Assembly (NCBI RefSeq): GCF_032191835.1
Contig: NC_083226.1
Coordinates: 73,160,001 to 73,224,000 of the forward strand
DNA length: 64,000 nucleotides
Origin: Heteronotia binoei
Taxonomy: Eukaryota
Reading direction: 5' to 3'
Shown here: positions 49,881 to 62,546 of the stretch, piece by piece
Numbering within the stretch: the first letter of the stretch is position 1
How the letters are laid out: each line of letters begins with the position of its first letter
Made by a program: the position numbers and the translations under genes
The notes under the pieces: generated by a model
Databases searched by the model: none
The model's input: the letters and a program-made list of their open reading frames with translations, nothing else
What the model was told of the DNA's origin: nothing

Positions 49881-51744
49881 CTGTTTAAGCAGAACCACTT
49901 GCCACTGGTTTAACTTAAGTAGCCTTAATAACCCTTGATAAAAAAACCAACAATGTAAGTGCTTTCTATTGACCAAGGTTTTTAGGTGCTTAGCACTGAA
50001 ATTTGGGAAAGCACATTTAAAATGCATTCCATCTGGTAATATAACAAGCTGTTTAGTTTCTGATATAAGATCACCATCAGAGTCATCATTTGTGTTAACA
50101 TGTATGTTGCAATGCTATCATAGTATCTTTGCATCACTGACCTAATTCTACATGTAATTAATACATCAGAAGTAGTTTCAGTTTCAGTAAAAATTATTGC
50201 ATAAAGCCATTGGCCATTACAATTACAGCAATTTACAAGTTAAAAGCAGTCAAGGACTCTAAAATTAACATATTCAGATTTAGATTATTCACAATCTTAG
50301 TTACATACAGCATCCCCATGATTCCATAATCAGGCTCCAATAGTCTAGTTAACAACATCATTTTACTGTCTACTGGATACTGCCTTTGCCCTGATTTTGC
50401 TAGCAGCCAAAAAAAAAAAGTGCTAAACATCAGAAGTAAGAGCAAAGGCCTTAACCACTGGAAATATTACATAATCACATATTACTAGGCTGACTTCCAG
50501 CAATGGCAAGTGGAAAGATGCCTTGGAAGAAAGCTCCAGTTTTTAATTACGATTTCTTAGTTTTATAAGGTTTTATCTGACTCTTTTAAGACAGCCGACA
50601 CAACATTTTATAGCATAGCATATTACCAGACCTAGATATAATCTAATGATTGGCAATTTTTTGCAACCACCATGCACTCAAATAGCCACTAAAAGCATGT
50701 CTGTTCCCAGCTCATCTCGTGCAGCCACCCATGGGCACAAAACAATATGACCATGAGTGATACAAAATGCATATTTCCAGCCAGATGACAGAAGCCTGAC
50801 TGAACATGGCAATGATGGCACAAGATGGCTGAGTGACCACAAAAAGAAAGAACTTTTTCACACATTGCAACCTTATCCTTAAGGTAATGAATTCACTGTC
50901 ATAAGTTCATGATGGCCACTAGCTTTAAAGGAGATTTGACAAATTAACAGTAGAAGGATCAAGCAATGGCTTGAGGTGTGATAGTTAAATGGAGCAACTA
51001 TAGTCAACCAGCCGTTGAGTGGCAACCCTTCATTCAATGTTCCAGACTTCCTAAGGGCACTGTATTGAGGCTGCCAAATAAGATGAACCTTTGGTGTGCT
51101 CTTAACAGGGTTTTCTTATGTTAATTTCAGGTAATCAATTTTAATTTAACCTTGTGATTCCACTTAGTCTGGCAAGTGTTATGGATCAGCATATAATTTT
51201 GGTTTCTTCTAGTTGAAGCAGGCATCACTATGATTATTTCTCCCATCATGTGGCATATTAGTTTCGTTTGGAAGGTTTACTGTGTGTATTTGAACCTCAG
51301 GAACCTACCTTTTTTCTTCTATTTATTTAAAACATTTCTATTCCACCTTTCCACCCAAATCACGATTTCCAACGCCACAAGTGATATAAACATTAAAACA
51401 GCATTTAACATACAAATATATCAAAATAGTTAAAATTAAATAAAATGTATAAACACATTGACACAAAATCAAAGGAAAGGGCTAATAAGAATTAGTGAGG
51501 CAATGCCAAATAAAGCCAAACTCATCTACTGGTGGAAGATGAGAGAGAGAGAGAAGAGAGAGAGAGATCTTCTTGAGAAGGCAATTCCAAAATTGCAGCA
51601 CAACAAAGAAGGCCCTTTCTTAGTTTGCCACTCAGATGGCAAGGATCCCTGAAGCAGAGTCTCTAAAGATGACCAGGGTGGTTGAGAATAGACGGTCCTT
51701 AATTTATGCTGTCCCCAATGATGATGACGATGATATTGGATTTA

Positions 51745-54720
51745 TATTTTTATTTTATTTATTTGAGTAGATTTATAGTCCACCCTTCCCCATAGCAAGC
51801 TCAGGGCGGATCACAACAGTAAAAAATAAAACAGTAAAAAATCCAACAATAAAACCATAAAACAACCAATAATCAAAATATTCAGCATAAATGATACAAC
51901 CCATTTTATAGATTTAAGATATAGATATCATGAGTGTCATAGCTCTAGGCATCCGAATAGTTGGTCAGATGATGTGAGCAGTAAGGTGAGGAAGCCTGCT
52001 TGCCTCAACCAAAAGCCCGGCAGAATAGCTCTGTTTTGCAGGTCCTACAGAATGGTAGTAAATCTGGTAGGGCCCAAATTTCCATAAGGAGATGATTCCA
52101 CCAGCTTGGGGCCAGGGCCAAGAAGGTCCTGGTCCTGGTTGAGGCAAGCTGGACATCCTTTGGACCAGGGATGGTCAGAAGATGTTGATTTGCTGATCAT
52201 AGCAATCCCCGGGGCTCATATGGGGAGAGGCAGTCCAATAGGTATGTTGGTCTCAGACCATGCAAGGCTTTAAATGTCAGTACTAGTACCTTAAAATGGA
52301 TCCGGTACTCGATTGATAGCCAGTGCAAATTGTACAGCATCGGCTGCCTGCCTGCCCATACAGGCAGTTCAGTCAACAATTGTGCTACCACATTCTGCAC
52401 CAGATGGAATTTCCGGATCAGTCCCAAGGGCAAGCCTGCATAGAGAGAGTTACAGTAGTCCAGCCTGGAAGTTACCATTGCATGGATCACAGTAGCTAAG
52501 TCCCAGAAGGCTAGATAGGGTGCTAGCCGTTTAACCTGCTGAAGATGGTAAAAGGCAGATCGCGCAACTGCTGTATTTTGGGCCTCCATGGAAAGGGTGG
52601 TATCCAGCATCACACCTGAACTCCTCACCTCCTGGGCTGGCATGAGAGGTGCCCCATCCAGGGTGGGGAGTTGGATGCCCAGTTGTGGGCCCCCTTGACT
52701 CAGGTGCAGGACCTCTATCTTAGTTGGACTGAGCTTCAGCTGACTTAGTTGTAACCAACCAGCCGTGGCTTCCAGTGCCCTGGTCAGATGGTCTGGGGCG
52801 GAGTCTGGATGGCCATCCATCAACAGATAGAACTGGGTGTCACCTGCATACTGGTGACAACTCAGCCCAAAACCTCTGGCAATCTGGGCAAGGAGGTGCA
52901 TATAGATGTTAAACTTCATTGGCGAGAGAATAGCTCCCTGTGGTACACCACATTCTAGTGGATAATGCAGGGAGGTCTGCTTGCCAATCACTACCCTTTG
53001 TCCCTGACTACAGAGAAAGGAGAAAAACCACTGTAGGGCAATCCCCCGAACTCTAATATTGGCAAGGCGGTGGGTCATTATATCATTATCAACTGTGTTA
53101 AATGCTGCTGAGAGTTCTAGAAGCAACAGCAGTGCTGACCTGCCTTGATCCAGATGCCTTCTGAGATCATCCATGAGGGCACCAAAGCAGTCTCCAATGA
53201 CCAGGCCAAAAGCCAGACTGGAAGGGATCAAAGGTAAATGTACCTTCCAGGAACACTTGGAACTGCTCTCAATCACCTTTCCCAGAAATGGTAAATTCAA
53301 GACTAGGCGGTAATTGGCTAGGACCATTGGGTCCAAAGATGGTTTCTTCAAACGTGGGCAGACCACTGCCTCTTTAAGCTTAGCTGGAAATGTCCCTGAT
53401 GACATGGATAAGTTGATAATCTCAGCTAAGAGACCCTGGATACCATCTTCACCCACTTTAATAAGCCAGGATGGACATGGATCCAGAGGACAAGTGGTAG
53501 GCTTCACCGCAGCCAAGATCTTGTCCACATCCTCCAAAGAAAGACGGCTGAAGTAGTCCATCATGGGACCAGAAAATGGACAATGGGCTTCCAGTTCCTG
53601 TACTGTGTCAACTGTGGCTGGAAGATTTTGGTGGAGGCTCGAGATCTTATCTGCAAAATGAGTTGCAAAAGCCTCACAGTCAATATTCAATTCCCTACCT
53701 TTTTGATTGCCTGTCGGCACCGTAGTCAAAGATTGAATTGTTCTAAACAATTGGGCCAGGCATGATTTCACAGACGCAATGGAGGCTGCATAGAAATCTT
53801 TCTTAGCAGACTTCACTGCCTTCTCATAGACCTTCAAAAATGTTCTATAAGAAGTTCTAGACTCCTCATCAAAAGATCTCCGCCACACTCACTCTAGTCA
53901 TCTTCATTCTCTGCAGCTCCAGAGTGTACCAAGGGGCTGCTTTGGTGCGACTACAAAGAGGGTGCCGGGGGGCGATGCCATCGATGGCAGCAGAGAACCA
54001 AGAATACCAGTCCTCTACCAACTCATCTAGTGACCCGCCAAGGGACATCGGATCCTGCAAAATCTGCTCGCTGCCTAAGCAGGAGAGGACTGCAGGTCCA
54101 GTCAGACTTTCAGAGCATAATGATCTGACCATGGAACCATATCAACGTTTATCAGATCCAGTGTTATCCCAGACCCAAATACCAAATCCAGCATGTGGCC
54201 AGCCTGATGAGTAGAGACCGATACTATTTGGCTGAGTCCTAGTGTTCCCATGGTCCTGAGCCTGCAAGGATGCAGCATCATCAACATGGACATTGAAATC
54301 CCCCAGGATCAATAGTCTGGGGAAGTTCAATGCCCAGGTCCACACCACGTCCAGCAGAACAGGCAGGCTCTCTGGGGATCCGTTAAGTAGCCAGTACACC
54401 ACCCAGATGGCCAAACTCTCCTCAGCTTCCCATTTCAGGCCAACACATTCAATGCCAGCTATGTTTGGGGCGAGAAGAGCCCTGAAAGAAAAAGACTCAC
54501 AAATGAGCACTGCAAACCCTCCCCCACCCGGTAGTCTGAGATTGGTGGAGGACTGAGAACCTGGGTGGGATAAGCTGATTCAAGGCAACAGTCTCACCCT
54601 CCCGGATCCAGGTCTCAGTCACACATGCCAGATCTATCTGTTGCTCTATAAAATAATCCCATAGAGTATAGGTCTTATTATTAATAGACCTGGCATTAAT
54701 CAGCACCAATGTCAGAGCTG
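51745..54720 (-). mobile_element. L2 LINE: disrupted ORF2 (APE plus RT) and 3' UTR; may extend to about 56060
   Basis: LINARSINNK, ACVTETW, LGDFNVH, SDH (APE); LSAAFNTVD, GVPQGAILSP, YAGDTQ (RT, YADD mutated); AT-rich tail. Confidence 0.92.
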
Positions 54721-56064
54721 AGTGATTTCTCCTAGCCCCACAACCAACATGCCTTGGGTTGGGACATAGGTGGGAAGAGGTTTGAGCATTCCTATATCTC
54801 TGGCCTCTTCCAGACCTCTAAGACCTTGTCCCACCACTATATCTTCCCTGCCCCATATGATCTCTCCCTCAAAGTGCTATAGAATCAAGATAATCCACCT
54901 AGCCTGTACCCATCACCATATAACATTCTACTATATAATCCACCCACCCTATACCCACTACAATATATCACACTACAAAATATCAATCTAATTACTAGCC
55001 CATTAATTACATAGTCTAATTTCTCCAATTTAAATTGATCGCAACTACTGGTTACAACCCTAAATATACCCAATTAATATAAAATTTTAACCAACCAACC
55101 CCCCACCCCCCACCCCCCCGGTCTTAATTTCCTGGTCAAAATCAACCCTCCCCAAGTTAATCAACCCAATTAATTAGCTAAACAGAACAATCAATTTAAG
55201 TAGCAGTTATATAGTTTCAATTTAACTAACGGAACTAAATCCCACTAATTAATTAAATGCCTCCCTACATCCTATATATTTAAACATTTTACCAGATTAA
55301 ACTAAAATTAATTAGTGATGAACAACATTGACGGTTCAGCAATATTAAACCAATTAGCTAAAAAAAATTCACCAAAGTGCAGAGTGAAAGTGCTAGGTGG
55401 TAAGATGTTAAGTGCTACAAGTAGTCAGTTTAAAGTACAGGCATAGTACAGGGCAGCTCTCCATTTGTCCCTTTTATATCAGCGGTTTTCTTCCTTCTTG
55501 GACTTTTTTTTTAAAATAAGCAACTGAGTCTTTCCAAATGCCAGGCAAGGCTCTCATCTCCAACAGCCACCAGTTCTCTTTGGCTAGCTCAAGCAAATCA
55601 GGGGGATAGCAATCCTCCCAGAGTCCCTTAGTTGTGAAGTCGGGGTGTAATGATGATAATAGAATGAGTAGCAGCCCATTCACTTCTCCAGTGGCACCTG
55701 CAGCCGGTGCTGGGCTGTCTGGCAAATCTAATTTTCAAGATGAAACACCCCATGCTGCTGCAATGCCCAAGCACCTCTAACTCCACCTCCAAGTCCATCC
55801 CAGCTTCTAGCAGTGCTCAGTAGTTGCCGGCACTGGCGGTCTCCAATCACTGCACTGGTGAGTTTCCACGTTGTGCCACAGCTGCTCCAGTCCTTTGCAG
55901 CACAACCAGGCCAACACAGCAGCGTATTGTGTTGATTTTTAGGTGGTCCTAGCATGCTAATGAGGGCACAAATTTTCCTCTGCAGTTGACAAAAGACTGT
56001 ACTGGCACACCACTGAAAGTGGTAATAAGTCCAAATAGAAAAAAAATTAAGTAATGGTTGTAGG

Positions 56065-56730
56065 TAGGGTGTGCAAAAGAAAAAAAATTGGAAAAATTCG
56101 GATATGGGGGTATTCAGGGCTAAAAAATACAAAAGGCTGTATATCTTCTAATGGCAGATTCGGGAGCCGAATCTGATTTGGAAGATATATGGCTATTCCT
56201 GAATATACAACCCTATTATACCCTATGGGCCATTGAAATCAATAGCAAAATAGGGTACAATGAAGTGTGGCTGGGGGGCAGGGGATTTGAGGTAGAGGCT
56301 CCAAATTTTCTGGGTTGCTTCAGGGGACTCTCTCCTACAGAACCCCCAAGTTTCAAAAAGATAGGACCAAAAAGGGTGCCGCTATCTCTCCATTATTCCC
56401 TATGGGCCACTGAAGTAAATGGCAAAATAGGGTATAATGAAGCGTTGCTGGAGGGGCAGGGATTTGAGGTAGAGGCCCCAATTTTGCAGGGCAGCTGAAA
56501 GGGTCTCTCCCCTACATAGCCCCTAAGTTTCAAAAATATTGGACCAGGGGTTCCCATTCTAGAGGCACCCAAAATGGCCCATTTTCCCCAGTGGTGGGGG
56601 GAAAGCAATCAGTCAGTTTTCCCACTAATAACAGTAGGAAAACTGAGTCTGGGGAGCAAACGGTTTGAGGGAGAGCCCCCAGATCTTCAGATCAGCTGCA
56701 GGGGCCTCTCCCCCACAGGTAGTGCCATGC
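56065..56730. mobile_element. Partial copy of the 18539-20401 hAT-like family, with internal about 180-bp duplication
   Basis: TAGGGTGTGCA start; ccctatgggccattgaaatcaat block shared with 18699-18722; block repeated at about 56222 and 56398. Right end not found. Confidence 0.6.
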
Positions 56731-57599
56731 CCCTGAGCAGAACTAGTGCCACCATGCTACCACCATTGGCACAAGCAGCACATTAGATCAAACTAGAGAA
56801 TCCCTCTCATTCAACAATTGGGGTGCAGGCTCGCTGCAAGGATTGCTGCACAGAACCAGTGCATTGAATGCACTACAGCCATGCAGCCATAAAATTATAA
56901 TTATTATAATTATTTTTATAATTTTAAATGTTTTTAAATTTTAAAACTTAAAATAAAGCATGCTTAAAAGACTAGCACTCTTGTAATATTTTGTTTATTT
57001 AACAGTCTCTGATAACTGACACCTCTTGCTCTGAATTACTGCATAAAGATCTGGAGGCACTGTCTGTGCTGCAGCAATCTTGAGTATGCTGTTCAGGTGT
57101 TGTTCAAATGAGTATGTGTATGTTGCAAACTTACTTTTGATTTAGTGACATGGTCTCATGGTCAATACTTGGAGCCTAGGGCCCAGGAGAAATGGCTGGG
57201 TATTGTGAGCTTTTGCACATAAATTGTTTTGTGTGCATGCAGAGGCATCATGACAGAGTGAGGGCTATGTATTTGTCTACAAAACTATAGTCTTTCCAGA
57301 AAATAACTGCAGCTCCTATGAGGCACTGCAAGAATAGAGAGACAGCCATGTTAGTGATCAGGATCAGTCTACTTATCTGGGAAGCCAAGGTTAAAAATCC
57401 TCAGTCTCCAAAGGAAATGTGCTAGGTGAACTAGCTCTGGACACACACACTCAGCCTCATCCACCTCACTGGCTTGTTGTTATTCCTCATCTAAATAGTT
57501 CACATTGCTTTCCTACTGAGAAAGACTGGATCATGAAGACATGAATACAGTGAAAAGAGGGAGGCAACTCAGCAACTGAGTTGCACCCAGGACAGCTAT

Positions 57600-57765
57600 T
57601 TGCTCTGCAGCTCCTGTGTGCTTGAACAATCCTGGCAAAGCAAGCTGTGTTGAAGAAGGAAGCAAGAGAGAAGGAGAAGGATGCAGACAACAGCCATCTA
57701 GCAGGCCTGATAGGACCCCTCCGGGGGCCTGATCCATCCTGTGGGCTGCATGTTTGACACCCCTG
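57600..57765 (-). mobile_element. hAT (Charlie-like) MITE end
   Basis: TGTTTGACACCCCTG followed by GTCTAGAG; homologous to 781-940. Confidence 0.65.
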
Positions 57766-58120
57766 GTCTAGAGTTTATAACCTAAGGTAAAAATGTTGGT
57801 TGCCAGGAGACACAGGGGGCCCCCCGACAACTATAAGGCTATCATTTAATTGTTATAAGAAATAAAGAAAATTTTCAAAAAAATACGTAAGTGGAAAAAA
57901 GGTACAATTAAAACTTTTCAGAAATATATATATAAGTAATTACAGTGTACATATATTGTACATATTAATGGCAGTATACAGTAGACACGAAATGTAAATA
58001 CAGATTGCATTTTCTCCAGGGGAGCTGATCTTTGCCAGCTGCAGATCAGTTGTAAAGCGGCAGATCCTCAGGTCCCACCTGGAGGCTGTGCAACCCACAA
58101 GGAGAATCACAGCAATTATA

Positions 58121-58740
58121 GGCAGAGCAATCCAAAGCACAAGGCTTTAATAATTACAAAAGCATATATTAGTTCATAATGGACCATTCAATTAGTCCTT
58201 AACACAAAAGGGAACGTGTTCACCAAGAATCAATCCAGTCTTTATAGCAACCAATGCTAAGTTCATTCCAAGGAGTCCTGGTGAAATAGTTGAGAAATTG
58301 ATCAGTGCCTCTCAATATATGCAGCCAGCAATCCAAAAAGTTGAAAAGAACAAGGTCGTACCATGCAAGTGCCTTTCAATATTGTAATGGAATGGAGTTT
58401 TTTGCCCAGGGTATAAAAATGTTGTAAAAAGCTTGAAGAAGCCTGTGTGAAACAAGGGTTCCAGTATGATCTTGTTCTGTTTTGGATTGCTGGCTGCATA
58501 TATTGAGAGACACTGATCAATTTCACAACTATTTCACCAGGACTCTTTGGAATGAACTGAGCATTGATTGCTATAAAGAATGGATTGATTCTTGATGAAT
58601 ATGTTCCCTTTTGTGTTAAGGACTAATTGGATGGTCTATTATGAACTAATATATGTTTTTGTAATTATTGAATTGTTGAGTTTGTTGGTTGTACAGAGGC
58701 TGGTTTTCACGGAAAGCCTTGTGCTTTGAATTTCTCTGCC
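58121..58740. repeat. 620-bp inverted-repeat element (arms 58121-58361 and 58464-58740), possibly Penelope-like inverted pseudo-LTR
   Basis: Arms roughly 88-90% identical by eye; about 41-bp indel; 102-bp spacer. Family assignment is inference. Confidence 0.8.
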
Positions 58741-59553
58741 CACGTGGAGGTTGGCAACCCTAAATACAACATAAATTTTAATTACATTGCAGTAATAATA
58801 TTGGAACTTCTATTATATTTTCAAGCTACTAAAAGGTCATTAACATTTTTAACATATTGTCTATTGTTTAAGGGGGTCCACTGGGCCCGCTTGCCATTGA
58901 GCAAGCCGGCACCCTGGCCAGTCTGCCACTGTTCTCTGCAGTTTACCAAAGCCAAATAATGCATAGAGGAGTACTGAAAGCAGAGATTTTTCAGAACAGG
59001 AATATGCATATTCCTAAACCCGACCTGCAGTAGGCTAGATTAGTTTACAATAAGAAAGTAAATGCAGTATCAGCTATCAAAGGTTTAGCAACAACAATAA
59101 TTCATTATGAAAGAAACTGGTTTATTTAAGAAAAGGCCTAATTTTGGAGTAATAAAAGATCAGCTATAACCATAGTTAGATAAATATCTTTTCTTTTCCA
59201 TTCAATTGACCAGTTCTTTGAAACATGTTTGAACTGAGTACTGATAGGTAACAAAACCAGAACATATGAAATACTGGAAAACTGTTTTGCTTGAAAATAT
59301 CACAAAGATGATTCTCCAAAGTTATTCATGTGTTACTTTTGTCATGTAACTGTAACTGGTAAGAAAGCCATGGCCGGGAAGAACCACAGCTGTTGTTATT
59401 GTTACTGAATACCCAGCTGCTGGTTTGTTATAACCGACATCCAGGCCCAGAGTGTTCACCACGCCCTAAAGGCCTGCTAAATGAAAGGGAAAAACTAAAA
59501 TAAAATAACTAGGAAAACTTAAAAGAATATCACGTAGGTTCTTTTGGTCAGTG

Positions 59554-60196
59554 TGTTATTAGGTTCCAGGTCTACCAAGTAAAAGGCAAAACTTATAGAA
59601 AAATATATAAACTTTATTTACAAGATAAGAGGTAAAGGGAAACACAAAATGGGATGATAAAAACCAAGTAAAACAAACATACTGTGCACAGAGGAACACC
59701 AAATAAAGTCCTGAGGCAATTTGCCTGCTTTCCTACACTGGACTGTGTAGTCAATTAGCTAATTACCTAAGCTATACTCACTGACGCTTATGCTGTCAGG
59801 CCCACAATATCAAAGAGACGTCTTCAAAGTCCTGTCCTCCTTCAACCTTGCTGTGTTGGTACCTTCTTATTGATGTGCTGAGGAAGACTTCTGGCTTCTG
59901 ACTTGAACAAGCTCCTTTCTTGGTGGGCACCTAACCTAATTTATCTTGGCTAGTTGATTGGCTAACCAATCGCTGATGCAATCTAATCTAAAAGCTGTCA
60001 TCTAGCCTTGTCAAGGCTAGATCTAAACAATCTATGTCACTGTGGGCTGACTTCACAGGTGTGACAAATTAGTTACCACCATAATTGGTTAATTGCCTAT
60101 TACCTTAACACAATGCTAGTGCAAATCCTGAAAAACTTCCAAAGACATACAGATACTGAATACGCAAACACTTAGGTGTCTCTCAGTTTCTTGACA
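59554..60196 (-). mobile_element. Solo LTR-like element
   Basis: TGTTA...TGACA ends; near-TSD CAGTG/CAGGG; minus-strand AATAAA at about 59612. Confidence 0.5.
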
Positions 60197-60313
60197 CAGG
60201 GCATTACCAAGTTTTAAAATACCAATGAAAACCACACTAATACCAGTGGCTCCTCAGGCAATACAGGGAAGAAGGAGGAGGAGTCGGTGGAGGAGAAGAA
60301 GAATTGCAGATTA

Positions 60314-61100
60314 TGAGGCTTGCAGCCTGCAGCTTCGTTGATAGGCTGCTACAGCCTATTTTGCCACCCAGAAAAGAATAGAGTCAGTCTTCGCCCGTTT
60401 GGGCACGCAAGGTGGTGGGCGGGGCCTGGCTGTCTTAATGGCCAGACCTCCGCCCTTTGCTGACAGTCCTGCGGATGATCAGCCCTCCCGCCCGCCCTGT
60501 CTGTTATGTAGGCGGTTGCTGGTTGCCTCATTTGGTAGGGGCCGGGTAGGAATTTTTTACGCCCCAGCTGATTGGCAGTTGCTGGGGTGTGTTTTTTGCC
60601 TACCCTACATAGCAGTGCAGTGGATTGTGGAATTGGCTATCGGGAGGCGCTGTTAAATAGGCGGTCACTTTAGTTGGCAGGTTTTTGGGGTTTAGGACAC
60701 TATGTGGCTAGGGGAGGACTGTGAAGCATCCCCCTTTTGGGGAATTAGGGGTCTGGCATGATCAACCTTGGGGTTTGGTGACCTGGGGTGTGGAGAATGC
60801 AGACCATCCTAGAGGCTCGACTAGAGGGTGCCTTTCCATCGAGACGTGCGTCTGGGTTTGGGCCCTCTGGTGCGTGCCTCCCTGCTGGGCCTGCCTGGCG
60901 AGAGCTGAGTCATACAGCTCCGGCTGGGGGGCTGGGTCTCTCGCCCGCTAATGACAGGGGAGTGGTCGCGGTGACCCCTAGCCCTGGCCAGGCTGCTGGT
61001 TGGGTGCCCTTGCCATTTATTATGATGTTTAATAAAGTGGCCCAATTTTATACCAATGCATTGTGTTTGACTCTTTATTCCCACCTTGGGGGGCAATACA
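60314..61100 (+). mobile_element. Solo LTR-like element inserted in a SINE tail
   Basis: TG...CA ends, AATAAA at about 61030. It separates the SINE body (61101) from its (CTT)n tail (60270-60313). TSD unresolved. Confidence 0.6.
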
Positions 61101-61352
61101 TCCCGCCCTTCTCTCTGAATCAGAGACTCAGAGCTGCTTACAATCTCCTTTATCTCCTTCCTCCACAACAGAGACCCTGTGAGGTAGGTGGGACTGAGAG
61201 TGCTCTTACAGCAGCTGCTCTTTCCAGGACAACTCCTACAAGAGCTATGGCTAACCCAAGGCCATTCCAGCAGCTGCAAGTGGAGGAGTGGGGAATCAAA
61301 CCCGGTTCCCCAGATAAGAGTCCACACACTTAACCACTACACCAAATTGGCT
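61101..61352 (-). mobile_element. Squam3-like SINE (long variant)
   Basis: Reverse homolog of 3636-3890. Confidence 0.85.
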
Positions 61353-61385
61353 CACTACACCAAGAAGCACTTGCTATTGATAGAT

Positions 61386-61745
61386 CCAAGTAGGCAGCCC
61401 TGTTGGTCTGAAGTAGTAGAACAAAATAGGAATCAATAGCACCTTTAAGACCAACTTAGTTTTATTCAGAACGTAAGCTTTCGTGTGCTCTAAACACACT
61501 TCATCAGATGAGGAATCGAGCACAGTTAGCAGAGCCACACATAGCTGGTAGGCAATGATTCAGAATGTAAAATGATACAGATTTAAGATCAAATGACAGA
61601 ATAGTAAAATTATCTGGTAGGCAGTGGCTTAGAATGTAAAATGGTACAAATATAAGATCCAATGACAGAATAGTAAAATTAACAAATTGAGCAAACCTTT
61701 GATCTGAGTAGCATGAGCATGGATCTCAACCATTTGGAAATGGGC
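61386..61745 (-). mobile_element. Penelope-like retroelement 3' fragment (pseudo-LTR), with 69-bp tandem duplication at 61545-61680
   Basis: ggcagcc.tgttggtctgaag...gcacctttaagaccaac...tttattc...aagctttcgtgtg block recalled as typical of reptile PLE termini; contains the hammerhead core. Confidence 0.75.
61472..61510 (-). ncRNA. Minimal type I hammerhead ribozyme motif
   Basis: Minus strand reads CAT-CTGATGA-A-GTGTG-TTTAGAG-CACAC-GAAA-GCTT-ACG: core boxes, stem II and palindromic AGCT stem III. Stem I has a mismatch. Confidence 0.65.
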
Positions 61746-62546
61746 TTTTTTTCCCCCAGCAACAGCTACACTGCAGCAATGATGATAAGAAGCTCCTCTC
61801 TGAGCTTGCAGAACAGTAGAAGCATCTAGCACTGATTTTTAATATTTAAAGTACCATATTTGCTGGCAATTCTGACTTGCCACCTGGGCTATTAACAGGC
61901 AGTATTCTGTGACATGGTCCTATGTAATAGTTGCAAATTTTAAAACTAACCTCTACAAATGCAATATTTAAAGTCAAAATCATTATCAACCAGAAGCTTA
62001 CAAATCAATGTGCAATTTATCTATGAATGTGCAATTAGTCCCATTATTCTTTTGTAGTTAACTACGCACAGCAAAGGGATGGGGGAGCTATGCTACAGTG
62101 GGTGATTGATTTGACATGTTGGCCAAAGCACTAATTTCCCCCTAGAGTATGGTACACTTTATTAAAAGCAAAATATTTTTTGTTGCTTTACAGTCTAGAG
62201 TGTGAACTAATTTGGTTGCATGGTTGTCAAAGAATTGTTAAGCCTCACTAAGAAAAACAACATGAAACCAGTCATTTTGTCTTAATTTCAGTAGACTAGA
62301 CAGTTTAATTGAGGATAATCCTTGCTTTCATGGTTAGAAGACAATTTATCAAGGATTAAGAATATGAAGCCTACATTATTTATCCAGATTGGCCTAAACA
62401 ATTAAATAAATTTTATGTGCAATATTTATATTTTACCCATGTATTTCAATGCTGTTATTCAGAATGCTTTCTATTATGATTCAAGATCGGGTATTTCAAG
62501 TACGTCAGCTGTACATTGCCTATTGTGATAAATGGGATTTACTATT

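Noticed and set aside
54800-55440. Mitochondrial insertion (numt, control region)
   Set aside because: Composition is mtDNA-like, but I see no tRNA, CSB or mitochondrial ORF motif, and it abuts L2 ORF2.
59410-59490. Cryptic exon after acceptor tccctttcatttagcag (59473)
   Set aside because: Weak donor and an immediate stop (AFRAW*); nothing distinguishes it from chance sites.
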